A stretch of 64,000 bases of DNA from Macrostomum lignano (Eukaryota): NCBI GenBank assembly GCA_002269645.1, contig NIVC01003295.1, positions 1-64,000 on the forward strand, read 5' to 3'. A program made the translations under genes and the position numbers. A model generated the notes under the pieces. That model was not told the origin of the DNA. It saw only the letters and a program-made list of their open reading frames with translations, and made no database searches. Every line of letters begins with the position of its first letter. Within the stretch, counting starts at the first letter, position 1. This document shows, in pieces, positions 39,471 to 51,529 of this stretch.

Positions 39471-40139
39471 TGGGATGCTGGGAACTAGCTGAGAAAGCAT
39501 AACTGTCAGAATTCAAGTTGGTGGGTTTCGGCTGCTTCTTTTTCACTGTTGAGATGATAGGGCGCCTCAATGGATGATTCCGACCAAAATTGGCTCCGCA
39601 GAAGCAGACAGAGAAGCAGCCAAAAGTGCTTCTATTACAGACTGCTTATAAAAGTTGAATTAATAAAATAGCGTTGCAGCTTTTGTGCCTGTTGCATTAC
39701 AATAATTCAATATTTATTGCTTTGTTCACACAATCGCACAGAAAGACTTGTAGCGAGCACATCCGTGTGTAGCACTTTACCGTTGACTTTTTTCTGGTTA
39801 TTTTTTGCCTCGCTTTCTGCCCTTTTTCGCGCGTGTGTTTTGTTGGCCAGTTGTGTTTCCTTTCTGTCTTCTATTTAATAAGTTCATAATTACAGGACAT
39901 TTTATTTGCTTGCTAAATTATTTAGCTTTCACCTGTGTTCTAATGCTATTTTAATGGCCCGATGAATTAGCGATAATCGAATAATTATAGCTAATTACAT
40001 AGTAATTCTGATGTGCTATAATTATATATGCAATCAGAAATAAATAATGAACGCGAGTGCAGCCTGTTGCACTCTATTTTGAAAGATGTATAGTTTTTTA
40101 TTAATTTATTTATCCCTGTAGCTTGGTATGTAGTGTTGA

Positions 40140-40455
40140 AAACGCAGCGCTCCATCCCAGACCCCTAGTTGCTGGGCTTCCAGCCTCCCAGAGTTTTAGT
40201 TGCTGGGCCAGCCTCCCAGAGTGTCAGTTGCTGGGCCAGCCTCCCAGAGTTTTAGTTGCTGGGCCAGCCTCCCAGAGTGTCAGTTGCTGGGCCAGCCCTC
40301 CCAGATCCTCAGTTGCTGGGCCAGTCTCCCAGAGTGTCAGTTGCTGGGCCAGCCCTCCCAGATCCTCAGTTGCTGGGCCAGTCTCCCAGATCCTCAGTTG
40401 CTGGGCCAGTCTCCCTGAGTGTCAGTTGCTGGGCCAGCCTCCCAGAGTGTCAGTT
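40140..40455. repeat. 28-bp minisatellite, array B (same family as 39295-39470)
   Basis: Direct inspection. Confidence 0.9.
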
Positions 40456-40679
40456 GCTGTACAATCTTTTGCATTTGAATGTTTTCTTTATTGTTTATAA
40501 AACAATATTTTTCTTCTGCTTTTCATGCATGTTCTTTTTCGATTTGAAATTAGTAATTATATAATTAGTTTAGACTAATCTACTAGCTATAGCAATTGTA
40601 AGGTCCTAAATAATAATAAAAATATTATTTAAATAACTTAATTTAAAAATAATATTTTGAAGATCATTAAGCAATCACA

Positions 40680-42686
40680 ATGTCTACTGAGGACAATGCC
40701 GCCAAGCAGTTGAGCGATTCTGAGCAGCCATCTGAGCAGCAGCAGCAGCAGGTATCGCCAGGCAAACAAGATGAGAATCAACAACAGGCCTCTCCAACAA
40801 TGCCTGGCGCTAACAATAGCACGGCTGGCCAGCAGCAGAAGCAGTACGCCAACAATTATAACAGCGGCAACGATCGTCAGTTGACCGCTCGCGAACGCGC
40901 TCGAATGGAAGAGATCGCCGTGTTGGAGGCTGAACTGGCCGAACTAAACGGAGACGCGTTGCCGAACGCTCGCCGATTGCTTGAATTAGAAATCCACCGA
41001 CTGCGCTGGGGCGTCACGGAAATGGTCGACCTGTTAAACAATCGCCGTTGCAAGATTCGCAGCAAAGTGCTCATACCGCAGGACCAATTTCCTGGATTTA
41101 ATTTTGTTGGCAAATTGTTAGGCCAAGGCGGAGCTAGTCTGAGGAAACTGCAGGAGGAGAGCAACGTCAAGATGTCCATTCTAGGCGCCGGTTCAATGCG
41201 GAACGATCGCAAAGAGCAGGAGTGTCTGGAGACTGGCGAGGCCAAGTATCAGCATTTGAAGCAGACCTTGCACCTGCAGATTGACTGCCTGGCCGATCCC
41301 CCCGAGGCCTATTATCGAATTGGGCACGCATTGGCTAAGGTGACCAGTCCGCTGGCTGACTCACTGACTGACTGACTGACTGACCCACTGCCTGACTTAC
41401 TGACTGACTTACTCACTGACTGACTGACTGACCCACTTGACTGACTGACTCACTGACTGACCCACTGACTGGCTCACTGATTGACCCACTGCTTGGCTCA
41501 CTGACTCACTCACTGACTGACTGACCCACTTGACTGACTGACTGACTGACTGACTGACCCACTGCCTTACTCACTGACTGACTGACCCACTTGACTGACT
41601 GACTGACTGACTGACTCACTCACTGCCTTACTCACTGACTGACTGACCCACTTGACTGACTGACTGACTGACTGACTGACCCACTTGACTGACTGACTGA
41701 CTGACCCACTGACTGGCTCACTGATTGACTGACTGACTGACTGACTGACTGACTGATTGACCCACTGCTTGGCTCACTGACTCACTCACTGACTGACTGA
41801 CCCACTTGACTGACTGACTGACTGACTGACTGACCCACTGCCTTACTCACTGACTGACTGACCCACTTGACTGACTGACTGACTGACCCACTGCTTGGCT
41901 CACTGACTGACTGACTCACTAACTGACTCACTGACTGACTGACTCACTAACTGACTCACTGACTGACTGACAAATGCATTGTAAAAATTGCAACTCCATC
42001 CCCAGGTAAAGGAGGCCATGACGCCCGACCCGAACGAGCTGGCCAACTTCTACAACAACCCGATGGCGCCTCATCCGCACATGCCTCCGCATCACTACGG
42101 CCCCGGTGGTTACGGTCCGGCGCATCACCATCCACATCACATGCCGCCGCCACCACTGCCGCCGCAGCCGCAGCCTCCGATGTCTCATCCGCCACCACCT
42201 CATCATCATCCGCATGCTTACACGACTGGCCCGCCGCCACAGCACCACCAGCAGCAGGTGCCGCCACCGCCGCCTCTGCCGCCGCAGCAGCAGCAACAGC
42301 AGGGCGGCCGCAACAACCGCCTAAGCGGTCGTGTTGGCGGCGGACTGGCTGGTTACAATCCTCCAATCGGGGCGCAGCAGCCGTCTGGTCAGATGCGCGG
42401 CGGCGGTCGCGGCGCCCGCAACAACGGCGGAATGCGCTCGAGCACAGGCGGCAGCGCTAACGGTCAGCAGCAGCAACAGCAGCTGGCTCCTAACGCCGCA
42501 GGCGACGCCGGGCATATTAACAATAGTGAGGGCATTAATAATGGTGGCGGAAATGCCGGCAAAGCCGGTGGTAGCAACGGTAATTGGCATCGAGGTGCTG
42601 CCCCGCGCGGCCAGCAGTATTATCAGCAGCAGCAGCAGCAGCAAGCTCGCGGTGCCGGCGGCAGCTACACCCAGGCTACCGCTTAG
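40680..42686 (+). CDS. STAR-family KH-domain RNA-binding protein (KHDRBS/Sam68-like), ~446 aa
   Basis: Exons 40680-41339 (AAG|GTGACC) and 42006-42686 (CCCAG|GTA). QUA1-like ARRLLELEIHRL; KH KVLIPQDQFPGFNFVGKLLGQGGASLRKLQEESNVKMSILGAGSMR; Sam68-like HLQID..DPPEAYYRIGHALAKVKEAMTPD; low-complexity P/H/Q/G/N tail with RGG. Confidence 0.9.
41355..41970. repeat. (GACT)n microsatellite in KH-gene intron
   Basis: Direct inspection. Confidence 0.95.
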
Positions 42687-42789
42687 AATTATCGACACAC
42701 AGGGGAAACCTATAATTTTTAGCCTAATAAATCTGTGCGCTATTCTCGTCAGCAGTAGACTAAATATTTAAGTTTGGACGAGACGAGAG

Positions 42790-43145
42790 ACAAACCTTAG
42801 AGGGGGCACAGCTGCTAGTCTATATACACTAAAAACCTGTATGGTAGGCTGCTAGTGTATAATGAGGCCAGGTGACGTATCAGTTGATTGGTTCACTACC
42901 TATAGTAAAGAACGACCGCTTAGTGGGGGCACAGGTGCTAGTCTTATATACTAAAAATGGCTTGTCTCTAAGTGGGTATGTTATCGTCTTCTATACACTA
43001 GAACTGTGCATGGTAGCTTTGTGAATCCAGATCACGGATGATTTGATTGATTTACTATGTTTAAATTTAAAACTATATTCATTCTGAAGAACGACACCTT
43101 AAGGGGGGCACAGTTGCTAGTCTAATATACTAAAAAATACACAGG
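42790..43145 (+). mobile_element. Head-to-tail mini-Helitron-like units (123 bp and 179 bp, plus partial ends)
   Basis: Three CTAG|TCT..ATATAC(A)CTAAAA junctions at 42815-18, 42938-41 and 43117-20, each preceded by GGGGGCACAG. Unit 2 5' end TCTTATATACTAAAAATGGCTTGTCT..GTGGGTATG matches the large element 5' end. Confidence 0.7.
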
Positions 43146-44564
43146 TTTTTTAGGCTAAAAATTCTCTAAAACTCTCAACGCAACTGCCGAAATGATATCA
43201 AGCGCGCCAAAATCTGACACATTTTTTTATTGTTTGTATTGATTGACGAATCTCGCGTTGTCGATATTTAGTTAGCGAATGAAGCCACAAGTGAAAGAGA
43301 AAGCAATTAGCAGAGAACATCACCAGTTGTACGCGTGTGTGTGATTGCTTGCTCACTCTGTAGTGAAATTCCAAGCGATCTGGCTATTTTTTGCCCATTT
43401 AAATGACTCTTGTGCCGCCGACTAAAGTGCGTCCACCCATCGCAATGTGGTCGCGACTTTTTTGCCCTTTATCCGGTAATAACAAGTTTTTTATATTATT
43501 TGCGTTAATTCTTTATTTAATTTCGTTTATACATTTATTTTTTGTCAAGCGCAGTTTTCCACCTTTTTTCCCTCTGGTCCGACTCTGTTGTATTCGCGTG
43601 GCTGATGCTTTTTTCCGGTCTGTCTTTTGTGTGCGTGTGGAATTTTTTTGTCGGCATTTAAGTCTTCTTGTTATCTATTTTTTGTTTGCTAGTTCGACTG
43701 TTGACTCTCCGCCGTAATAAAATTGCCCAAATTACTACTTTGCTAATTAATTTGCGTCAATAGTAACTTTATAATGTACTGTATTTGATTCTGATTAATA
43801 ACGCATTAATTTCTATAAATGTAAAACTCCTCGCGACTTGAATTTGTGTATAAAAATTGAACTTTTTCCTTATCAATACATCTATTAAACTGGCACTTGA
43901 ATATAATTATCCACATGCTACTAATAGTAATATCATTATGGTGATTGGGTTATATTATAATTTACGAGTAGGCTTAACATTGTCTTCGTTTAATGGTTTT
44001 TTCTGCTCATTGCTGCTTATTGTAGTTTGTAACTTTTTCTTTATGAAAATTTCACTTCATCACTAATGCTGTTTTAAATAACCAGCTCGAAATTCGAGTA
44101 AAGAAATGTTTTCTTATTCTTTTTTTTCTTTTTAATTTTCAATTCTTTTTTTGATCGGTTTGACTTTCCGGCTCTTATTAATACTGCTTATAATTTTGTG
44201 CAAATGTTTGTACTGTATGCTCCTGTTCAGCCATATTTATTATTAATTATAATACTAATTATCAATAATTATGCTTCTGCTACCGAATTTTGTTAGAAAA
44301 CTTTTTGTTGCAGTTCTAATGTTTTTTGTTCTAATTTTAATCATCAGGTTTCACTTGCAGTTTCACGCCGAGTTACTACTAATTACTACTAATAATAATC
44401 CTATGCGTCAGTTGTTCTCTCTTTTTTCAAGAAAAAGTAATCGGTTGCGTTTGTACTTTGTGTCACGCCGCTGTTTTGTTTAAAAATGACTCACTTGAGG
44501 GAATTTTCAGTCTTGGTTCTTTTGTTAATTGCTCTTCTTAATAAAGGTTGATAAAACCTCACCC

Positions 44565-44985
44565 TTGAAGGAAGTTCTTGTCCACGGAGTGACCTCACCG
44601 TTAAAGGAAGTTCTTGTCCACGGAGTGACCTCACCGTTAAGAAAGTTCTTGTCCACGGAGTGACCTGATCGTTAAAGGAAGTTCTTGTCCACGGAGTGAC
44701 CTCACCGTTAAAGGAAGTTCTTGTCCACTGAGTGACCTCACCGTTAAGAAAGTTCTTGTCCACGGAGTGACCTCACCGTTAAAAAAAGTTCTTGTCCACG
44801 GAGTGACCTCACTATTAAAGAAAGTTCTTGTCCACGGAGTGACCTCACCGTTAAAGGAAGTTCTTGTCCACGGAGTGACCTGATCGTTAAAGGAAGTTCT
44901 TGTTCACGGAGTGACCTCACTATTAAAGAAGGTTCTTGTCCACGGAGTGACCTCACCGTTTAAGAAAATTCTTGTCCATTGAGTG
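44565..44985. repeat. 36-bp minisatellite (GTTCTTGTCCACGGAGTGACCTCACCGTTAAAGGAA)
   Basis: Direct inspection. Confidence 0.95.
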
Positions 44986-45343
44986 ATCCGTCAGTTAAAG
45001 AAGTTTAATAACTACAAATGTATATCTATTTAAGATAGCCTAAGCTTAATCTGCATTAATCTGAAATGAAACTAGCATTATAGAAAATAAAACGCCAGAT
45101 CGAGAAAACTTTTAACACAATACACGAATCTTAAATATTGTCCAAAGGAATGTTAAAGGACAAAGGAATGGTCGGACAGTTATAGATATCGTAAATCATA
45201 TTTTAGGCCTGATAATTCGTGTCACAATCTTGTTTAGACTAATTCAATTTATCGTGCTCACGAGAGTATAGTAAGGATCAATTAATGTAAGTTCGGCAGG
45301 ATAAGGCAGTTTGATCAGTTTTATGCAGGCGGTTAGCGCAGAT

Positions 45344-46669
45344 TCATTTCTTTCCTAGAAGCGCAGTCTCCGCCGGCAGCAGTTTCCCGGAAAGGCGGCC
45401 CTCAGCGGCGGCCCGCAGCAGCCGCAGCGCCTGCCGAACGTCGTGGTGACTCACCTGAGCAGGCAGCCGTCGGATTCGAATGACTTCGTCGTCGCCTTCC
45501 TGACTGACCAGCAGCTGCAGTCTGTCGGCGAACCGGGCCTCCAGTCGGAAAGTCGCCGAGGTCAAGTCGAAGCTGCTCTGTCGCCGAACGAGGCCCAGCT
45601 GGATGAAGCGGATGGCGGCGGGGTCGTCCTCGCTGTTGAACAGCGCGCTGATCTGCCTCAGTGCGCCGTCAGCTGTCGCTGTCACGGCGGCTTCGATCAC
45701 GGCGACTCTGAGAGGCCCGGCGAGAGACTTCGGCAGCCCGAGCGAGCGGGTGAACACGGAGGCGAAGGCGGTTGCCATGGAGACTGGGATGCGGCGCAGA
45801 GTCTGGCTGGTAGCGGAAATGGCCAGGCGGTCGAATCCGGTTCTGACCAGCTCCACCAGCGTGGCGTTGCCGCCGTCCTCCGAGGTTGCAGCCGTTGGGC
45901 CTGCGGTCGTCGAAACCCCCAGCTGCAGTTCTTCCACCACCTCCGGTGCCTCGGGGGCATCGCTGGCGACCTCCTCGGCGGATCGGCGGCTGCGCAGCAT
46001 GCCGGAGCTGGCGGCCACCCGACTTGCCGCGGCAGCGATGGCGAAGTGCCTCAGTCCAGCCTCCACCTGCCGCAGCTCCTCGGCCGTGAGGCCCCGCGGC
46101 ACCTGCTGCGTCCAGGAGCGGCACCGTCTGATCAACCACCGGCGCTTGCAGCTTCGCATCGGCACAGGCGTTGTCTTGGCAACCAGCTGGGCGGTGGCGA
46201 CGCTGTGCACGATGCCGAACTCCACGCTGACATCGTCGAGGCGCCGGCCAGCCCCGACGAAGGTCTCGTAGTGGCCGCGGCCGACCAGGGCGCTCACGGT
46301 GAAAGAGAACGTGTGGAAGGAGACGGAGCGAGCGAAGGCCAGGGCAGCCAGGCGGTTCGCCACCTCCTGAGGCAGTCCGCGAGACCTGATCGCCTGCTGC
46401 AACTCCTGCCGGGCCACCGAGCCCTGAACCAGCCGACTGCTGGCTTGCGGTGCCACCAGCAGACACGTCGGGCAGACCACTCCGCCAGGCAGGGGCGAAG
46501 CCAGCTGCCCCAGCTGACTGCGGAGCGCGCTGGATACTCCGGACTGAGCTGGGCGACTCAGCGCTCTGAAGGATGCGGGCTGAGGGCCGAAGCGCCTGGC
46601 AGACAGGGACTGAAGGCAGCAGCAGCTGCTCACGAGCGCAAGCAGCAGAAGATTTTCGCTGCAGAGCAT
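45344..46669 (-). CDS. Intronless predicted secreted protein of unknown family, ~441 aa
   Basis: 1.3-kb non-repetitive GC-rich ORF with exon-like composition. ATG at 46669 opens a signal-peptide-like MLCSENLLLLALVSSCCCLQSLSA. No family motif recognised. Confidence 0.7.
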   Translation of the reverse strand: MLCSENLLLLALVSSCCCLQSLSARRFGPQPASFRALSRPAQSGVSSALRSQLGQLASPLPGGVVCPTCLLVAPQASSRLVQGSVARQELQQAIRSRGLPQEVANRLAALAFARSVSFHTFSFTVSALVGRGHYETFVGAGRRLDDVSVEFGIVHSVATAQLVAKTTPVPMRSCKRRWLIRRCRSWTQQVPRGLTAEELRQVEAGLRHFAIAAAASRVAASSGMLRSRRSAEEVASDAPEAPEVVEELQLGVSTTAGPTAATSEDGGNATLVELVRTGFDRLAISATSQTLRRIPVSMATAFASVFTRSLGLPKSLAGPLRVAVIEAAVTATADGALRQISALFNSEDDPAAIRFIQLGLVRRQSSFDLTSATFRLEARFADRLQLLVSQEGDDEVIRIRRLPAQVSHHDVRQALRLLRAAAEGRLSGKLLPAETALLGKK

Positions 46670-47069
46670 TCTGTTACTTGACTGGACAGCAGATTTTTTC
46701 AGAGAATACTGAAAAAAATTTGTTATTGCCATGGGCCTCCTGCAGGGCTGCCGTATTTATAGTATCAGAAATCACCTTGACATGGACCTCTGCGGGGGCC
46801 ACCGCTTTCACATCTCTTTCCACTTTTTTCCTGCGAATGCTTCTATTTCTGTTTCCTGTGCTTGGCCTTCCGAATAAGGTGTTGCCGATTTCCGTGTGTG
46901 CCCGGAGTACCAAATGTGACTCAAATGCACCTTGAGCACCTGGTCGGCTGCAGAGCTTTCCGACTGATAAGACTCTTGCAGCCCACGCACTGGAACAAGT
47001 GGTTATAACTATTTTTAATTAGAATTCCCTTGTAGGTTGCCTAGACTGGACTTTGCGTTTTCCGAAGCT

Positions 47070-47215
47070 TGAGAGGGAGAGGGAGACAGCAGAGAGGGAG
47101 ATGAAGACAGCAGAGAGGGGGAGGGAGACAGCAGAGAGGGAAAGGGAGACAGCAGAGAGGGAGAGGGAGACAGCAGAGAGGAAGAGGGAGACAGCGGAGA
47201 GGGGGAGAGAGAGGG
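47070..47215. repeat. 21-bp purine-rich minisatellite (GGGAGACAGCAGAGAGGGAGA)
   Basis: Direct inspection. Confidence 0.85.
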
Positions 47216-47877
47216 AACCAACCATGCAGCTAAAAGAACGTAGGTTTTCCATAGTTAAAATTAATAACTCTCCACACATTTATGGGACTATCTTGATTTC
47301 CTCAGTCAGGCCCGTGAATGCAAGCAAGCAGAATTTTGGCACACTCATAGCCGAATTCCTGTAGAAAGTTTTTGAAGTTGATTACTACTCGTGTGTGCGT
47401 GTACTTTTAGCTTGCGTGCAGTTTTTCAAGCACATTTCATTTCCCCGAGTCCCGCGCGCGCGTGTCGTGACGAAAGCCTGTTAACTTTTGGACAGGATAA
47501 AAATCAGCCAATTTTGATGAGCAAATAAATGGCTGACTTCCTGTTGAATAAAATAGGAAATTGTGCTGCTAACAACGAGTCGTGTCGTAGCGGTTCGAAT
47601 GGCGGTGGAGCAGTGCGATGCTTGGTATCAGAATCTCATTCAGTCACTGGGCCGTGATCAAGCATTACTGATTGGAGGGTGCCTGTGCATATAAATTGCT
47701 TGGCTACTTTTTTTGCTGCTACTAAACCGCAAGAAACTTCAAGCAACTCTGCTTTCTGGTGAGTTGACTTTTGTTGGATTGTTCTCTGTCTTCGATTGCG
47801 GCCCTGTACTAAGGGTCTTACTCTCTAACTGTAAGAATGTTGTCATGCAAAACAACCTTTGACACGTTTCGAAGAAC

Positions 47878-48245
47878 AGTCTGACACAGATATGACCCTG
47901 GTCTGACACAGATATGACCCTGTTCTGACACAGAGATGACCCTGGTCTGACACAGTTATGACCCTGTTCTGACACAGAGATGACCCTGGTCTGACACAGT
48001 TATGACCCTGTTCTGACACAGAGATGACCCTGGTCTGACACAAATGTGACCCTATTCTGACACAGATCTGACCCCATTCTGACACAGATCTGACCCCATT
48101 CTGACACAGATCTGACCCCATTCTGACACAGATCTGACCCCATTCTGACACAGATATGACCAAATTCTGACACAGACATGACGCTATTCTGACTCTGTTC
48201 TGACATAAAATAATCTGACGCAGCCGATGACCCTAGTCTGACACT
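47878..48245. repeat. 22-bp minisatellite (TCTGACACAGATATGACCCTGG) upstream of DNase I
   Basis: Direct inspection. Confidence 0.92.
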
Positions 48246-48315
48246 GACGCGCATGCAGATACTGACAGAGTTCCTCTCACTCGACCCCAACAGTCTCCAA
48301 TCGTGTCGGTCTCAG

Positions 48316-50228
48316 ATGAAGCCCGCAACTCTGATCCTAGCGATCTTCGCGCTGTCAGCTGCCGTCAGTCTCGACTGCATTCCCGGAACAGCCACTGCTT
48401 CCAGGCATTCCAGTAGTAGGCGGCAGCCGATTCGTTTCGGATCGTTCAACATCCAGATATTCGGCCGGAAGAAAGCGCGCGACGCATTCGTGATGAACAA
48501 TCTGGCTAGGATTCTGAATCGCTACGATATTTTGGTTGTCATGGAGATTCGCGATAAGAGGTTTCTGTTATTCAGATACTAGTTACAATATTACCGGGGG
48601 CCCGGGTTAAGAAGGCATAAAACAAAACAATTTTAGTTGAAGTCCAAATTTCGATGAAAAATGTGTGACGGATTCAATTTAGACTACTGAGAAAAGTAGA
48701 AGAACGAAGATTTGAATTTTTAATTTTCTCACGTAGCTTGAAAAATGTCGGGGTCGTGTGGCTGCTGAGCTGAGCTGCTCGTCCCGTTCTTTGAATTCTC
48801 GCATCTGAAGCAAGGTGGTCCTTGGCGGCTAAACTGGACTGGAGTCCCGTGTCTAGAGGCGTTGATTGCGACCAAAGTTACGCACGCTCGCACGTCAATT
48901 TCTTCTGCTTTTTTCAGCGGCGAAGCTTTTAGAAAGCTGGTTGAACGGGCGAATCGGGATGAGCGAAGAGACCCGTTCAGTTACGTCATCAGCGTCAGAA
49001 CGGGCCGCACGGTGAGAGAAACTGCTTTCATGGATTGTCAGATTTTAGCTGGAGAGATTGAATAGTTATTATTCGAATATGCATCAGCTATAGCTACATG
49101 TACAAAGACTAGTAACAGATATAACTACAAAGACTTGATCACAGACAGGTGGCTACAAAGTTTTGATCACAGAGAGGTGGCTATAAAGACTTGATCACAG
49201 ACCAGTAGCTACAAAGACTTGATCACAGACCAATAGCTACAAAGACTTGATCACAGACCAGTAGCTACAAAGACTTGATCACAGACCAGTAGCTACAAAG
49301 ACTTGATCACAGACAGGCAGCTACAAAGACTTGATCACAGACTAGTAGCTACAAAGACTCGATCACAGACCAGTAGCTACAAAGACTCGATCACAGACCA
49401 GTAGCTACAAAGACTCGATCACAGACCAGTAGCTACAAAGACTCGATCACAGACAGGCAGCTACAAAGACTTGATCACAGACCAGTAGCTACAAAGACTT
49501 GATCACAGGTATCTACAAAGACTCGAGATCACAGACAGGTAGCTACAGAGACAGACAGGCAGCTACAAAGACTTGATCACAGGTATCTACAAAGACTCGA
49601 GATCACAGACAGGTAGCTACAGAGACAGACAGGTAGCTACAAAGACTTGCTATTATCAAATTAACGCCACCCTCAATCACGCCAGGTAAGCAAAGAGCAA
49701 TACGCCGTTCTCTACCGAGAATCCGTGGCCGAAGTTCTGTCCGAACGGACAGTGGCCGATTCCGGCGACCGATTCCAGCGCGAACCGTACGAAGTTCGAC
49801 TGGCGTTGAGACCGGCCGGTCGGTGCTCATCCTCGACCACCGTACTCACGGTGGTTTGTCTGCACACGGAGCCAGACGCCTCGGTGGAAGAGCTCAACGC
49901 CCTGCACGACATGCTGCGTCCCAGACGTCGCGAGAACCTCCTGATTGCCGGCGACCTGAACGCCGATTGTCGCTACGTGAACCGCGGCGAGATGGCCGCC
50001 CTGCCGCTGCGGCTCGATCCCGACTTTCTCTGGCTGATCGGCGACGGCGTGGACACGACTGTGAAGTCGACGGACTGCGCCTACGACCGGCTGATCGTCA
50101 CGCACTCGGCCTACCAGCTCATGCCTGGTGCCAGGGTGTTCCGCTTCGATACGGAGTTCGGGTTGAGCACAGATCAAGCTGCTCAAATTAGCGATCATTA
50201 TCCTGTGGAGCTGGAGATTCTATTGTAG
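48316..50228 (+). CDS. Deoxyribonuclease I family, secreted, ~293 aa
   Basis: Exons 48316-48560 (phase 2), 48918-49011, 49686-50228. Signal peptide; motifs FGSFNIQIFG, RYDILVVMEIRD, KEQYAVLYR, CLHTEP (catalytic His), GDLNADC, DTT, CAYDRL, SDHYPVE. Confidence 0.93.
49110..49645. repeat. 28-bp minisatellite (GTAGCTACAAAGACTTGATCACAGACCA) in DNase intron 2
   Basis: Direct inspection. Confidence 0.95.
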
Positions 50229-50284
50229 AGCATGCGCTAAGCAACTCTGTACTAATTGCTGGTGGCATTGCGTGTCGGTTAAGG

Positions 50285-51305
50285 GTGCCATTTTTAGCAA
50301 TTGGGTGTCATTTTTAGTATCTGGGTGCCATTTTTAGCAATTGGGTGCCATTTTTAGTATCTAGGTGCCTTTTGAGTAACTGGGTGCCATTTTTAGTATC
50401 TGGGTGCCATTTTTAGCAATTTGAGGCCATTTTTAGTATCTGGGTGCCATTTTTAGCAATTGGGTGCCATTTTTAGTATCTAGGTGCCTTTTGAGTAACT
50501 GGGTGCCATTTTTAGTATCTGGGTGCCATTTTTAGCAATTGGAGGCCATTTTTAGTATCTGGGTGCCATTTTTAGCAATTGGGTGCCATTTTTAGTATCT
50601 AGGTGCCTTTTGAGTAACTGGGTGCCATTTTTAGTATCTGGGTGCCATTTTTAGCAATTGGAGGCCATTTTTAGTAACTGGGTGCCATTTTTTAGCAATT
50701 GGGTGCCATTTTTAGTATCTAGGTGCCTTTTGAGTAACTGGGTGCCATTTTTAGTATCTGGGTGCCATTTTTAGCAATTGGAGGCCATTTTTAGTATCTG
50801 GGTGCCATTTTTAGCAATTGGGTGCCATTTTTAGTATCTTGGTGCCTTTTGAGTAACTGGGTGCCATTTTTAGTATCTGGGTGCCATTTTTAGTATCTGA
50901 GTGTTTTTTTAGCAATTGGGTGTCATTTTTAGCAACTGGGTGCCATTTTAGCAATTGGGTGTAACTTTTAGCAATTGGGTGCCATTTTTAGCAATTGGGT
51001 GCCATTTTTAGCAATTGGGTGCCATTTTTAGCAATTGGGTGCCGTTTTTAGCAATTGGGTGCCCTTTTTAGCAATTGGGTGCCATTTTTAGCAATTGGGT
51101 ACCATTTTTAGCAATTGGGTGCCATTTTTAGCAATTGGGTGCCATTTTTAGCATCTATGGTAGTTGGGTGCCTTTTTTACTATTTGGGTGCCATTTTTAG
51201 CAATTGGGTGCCATTTTTAGCAATTGGGTGCCATTTTTAGCAATTGGGTGCCGTTTTTAGCAATTGGGTGCCATTTTTAGCAATTGGGTGCCATTTTTAG
51301 CAATT
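50285..51305. repeat. 20-bp minisatellite (TTGGGTGCCATTTTTAGCAA) with ~119-bp higher-order structure
   Basis: Marker variant CT(A/T)GGTGCCTTTTGAGTAAC recurs at ~50361, 50480, 50599, 50719 and 50838. Confidence 0.95.
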
Positions 51306-51529
51306 GGGTACCTTTACTTTGAGCTCACAAAATAAACTTTTTTAATGCTCCAGAAGTCTGACTCAACTGTTCTATTATAATTAGTTTGAATTATTTGATC
51401 CTCAGCTTCCCGAACCAAATATAATAATTCAATGGTTTTTGTTTTGGCAATGATTTGGTTTAATTTGCATCTTGACTTCGTTCATTCAGTGACGTGAGAT
51501 AAACTATTGCACTTCTCTTCTGGTTTCCT

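Noticed and set aside
45443-46681. 412-aa + strand ORF
   Set aside because: Antisense shadow of the GC-rich secreted-protein CDS; the same applies to shadows over the synaptotagmin-like, AARS and KH exons.
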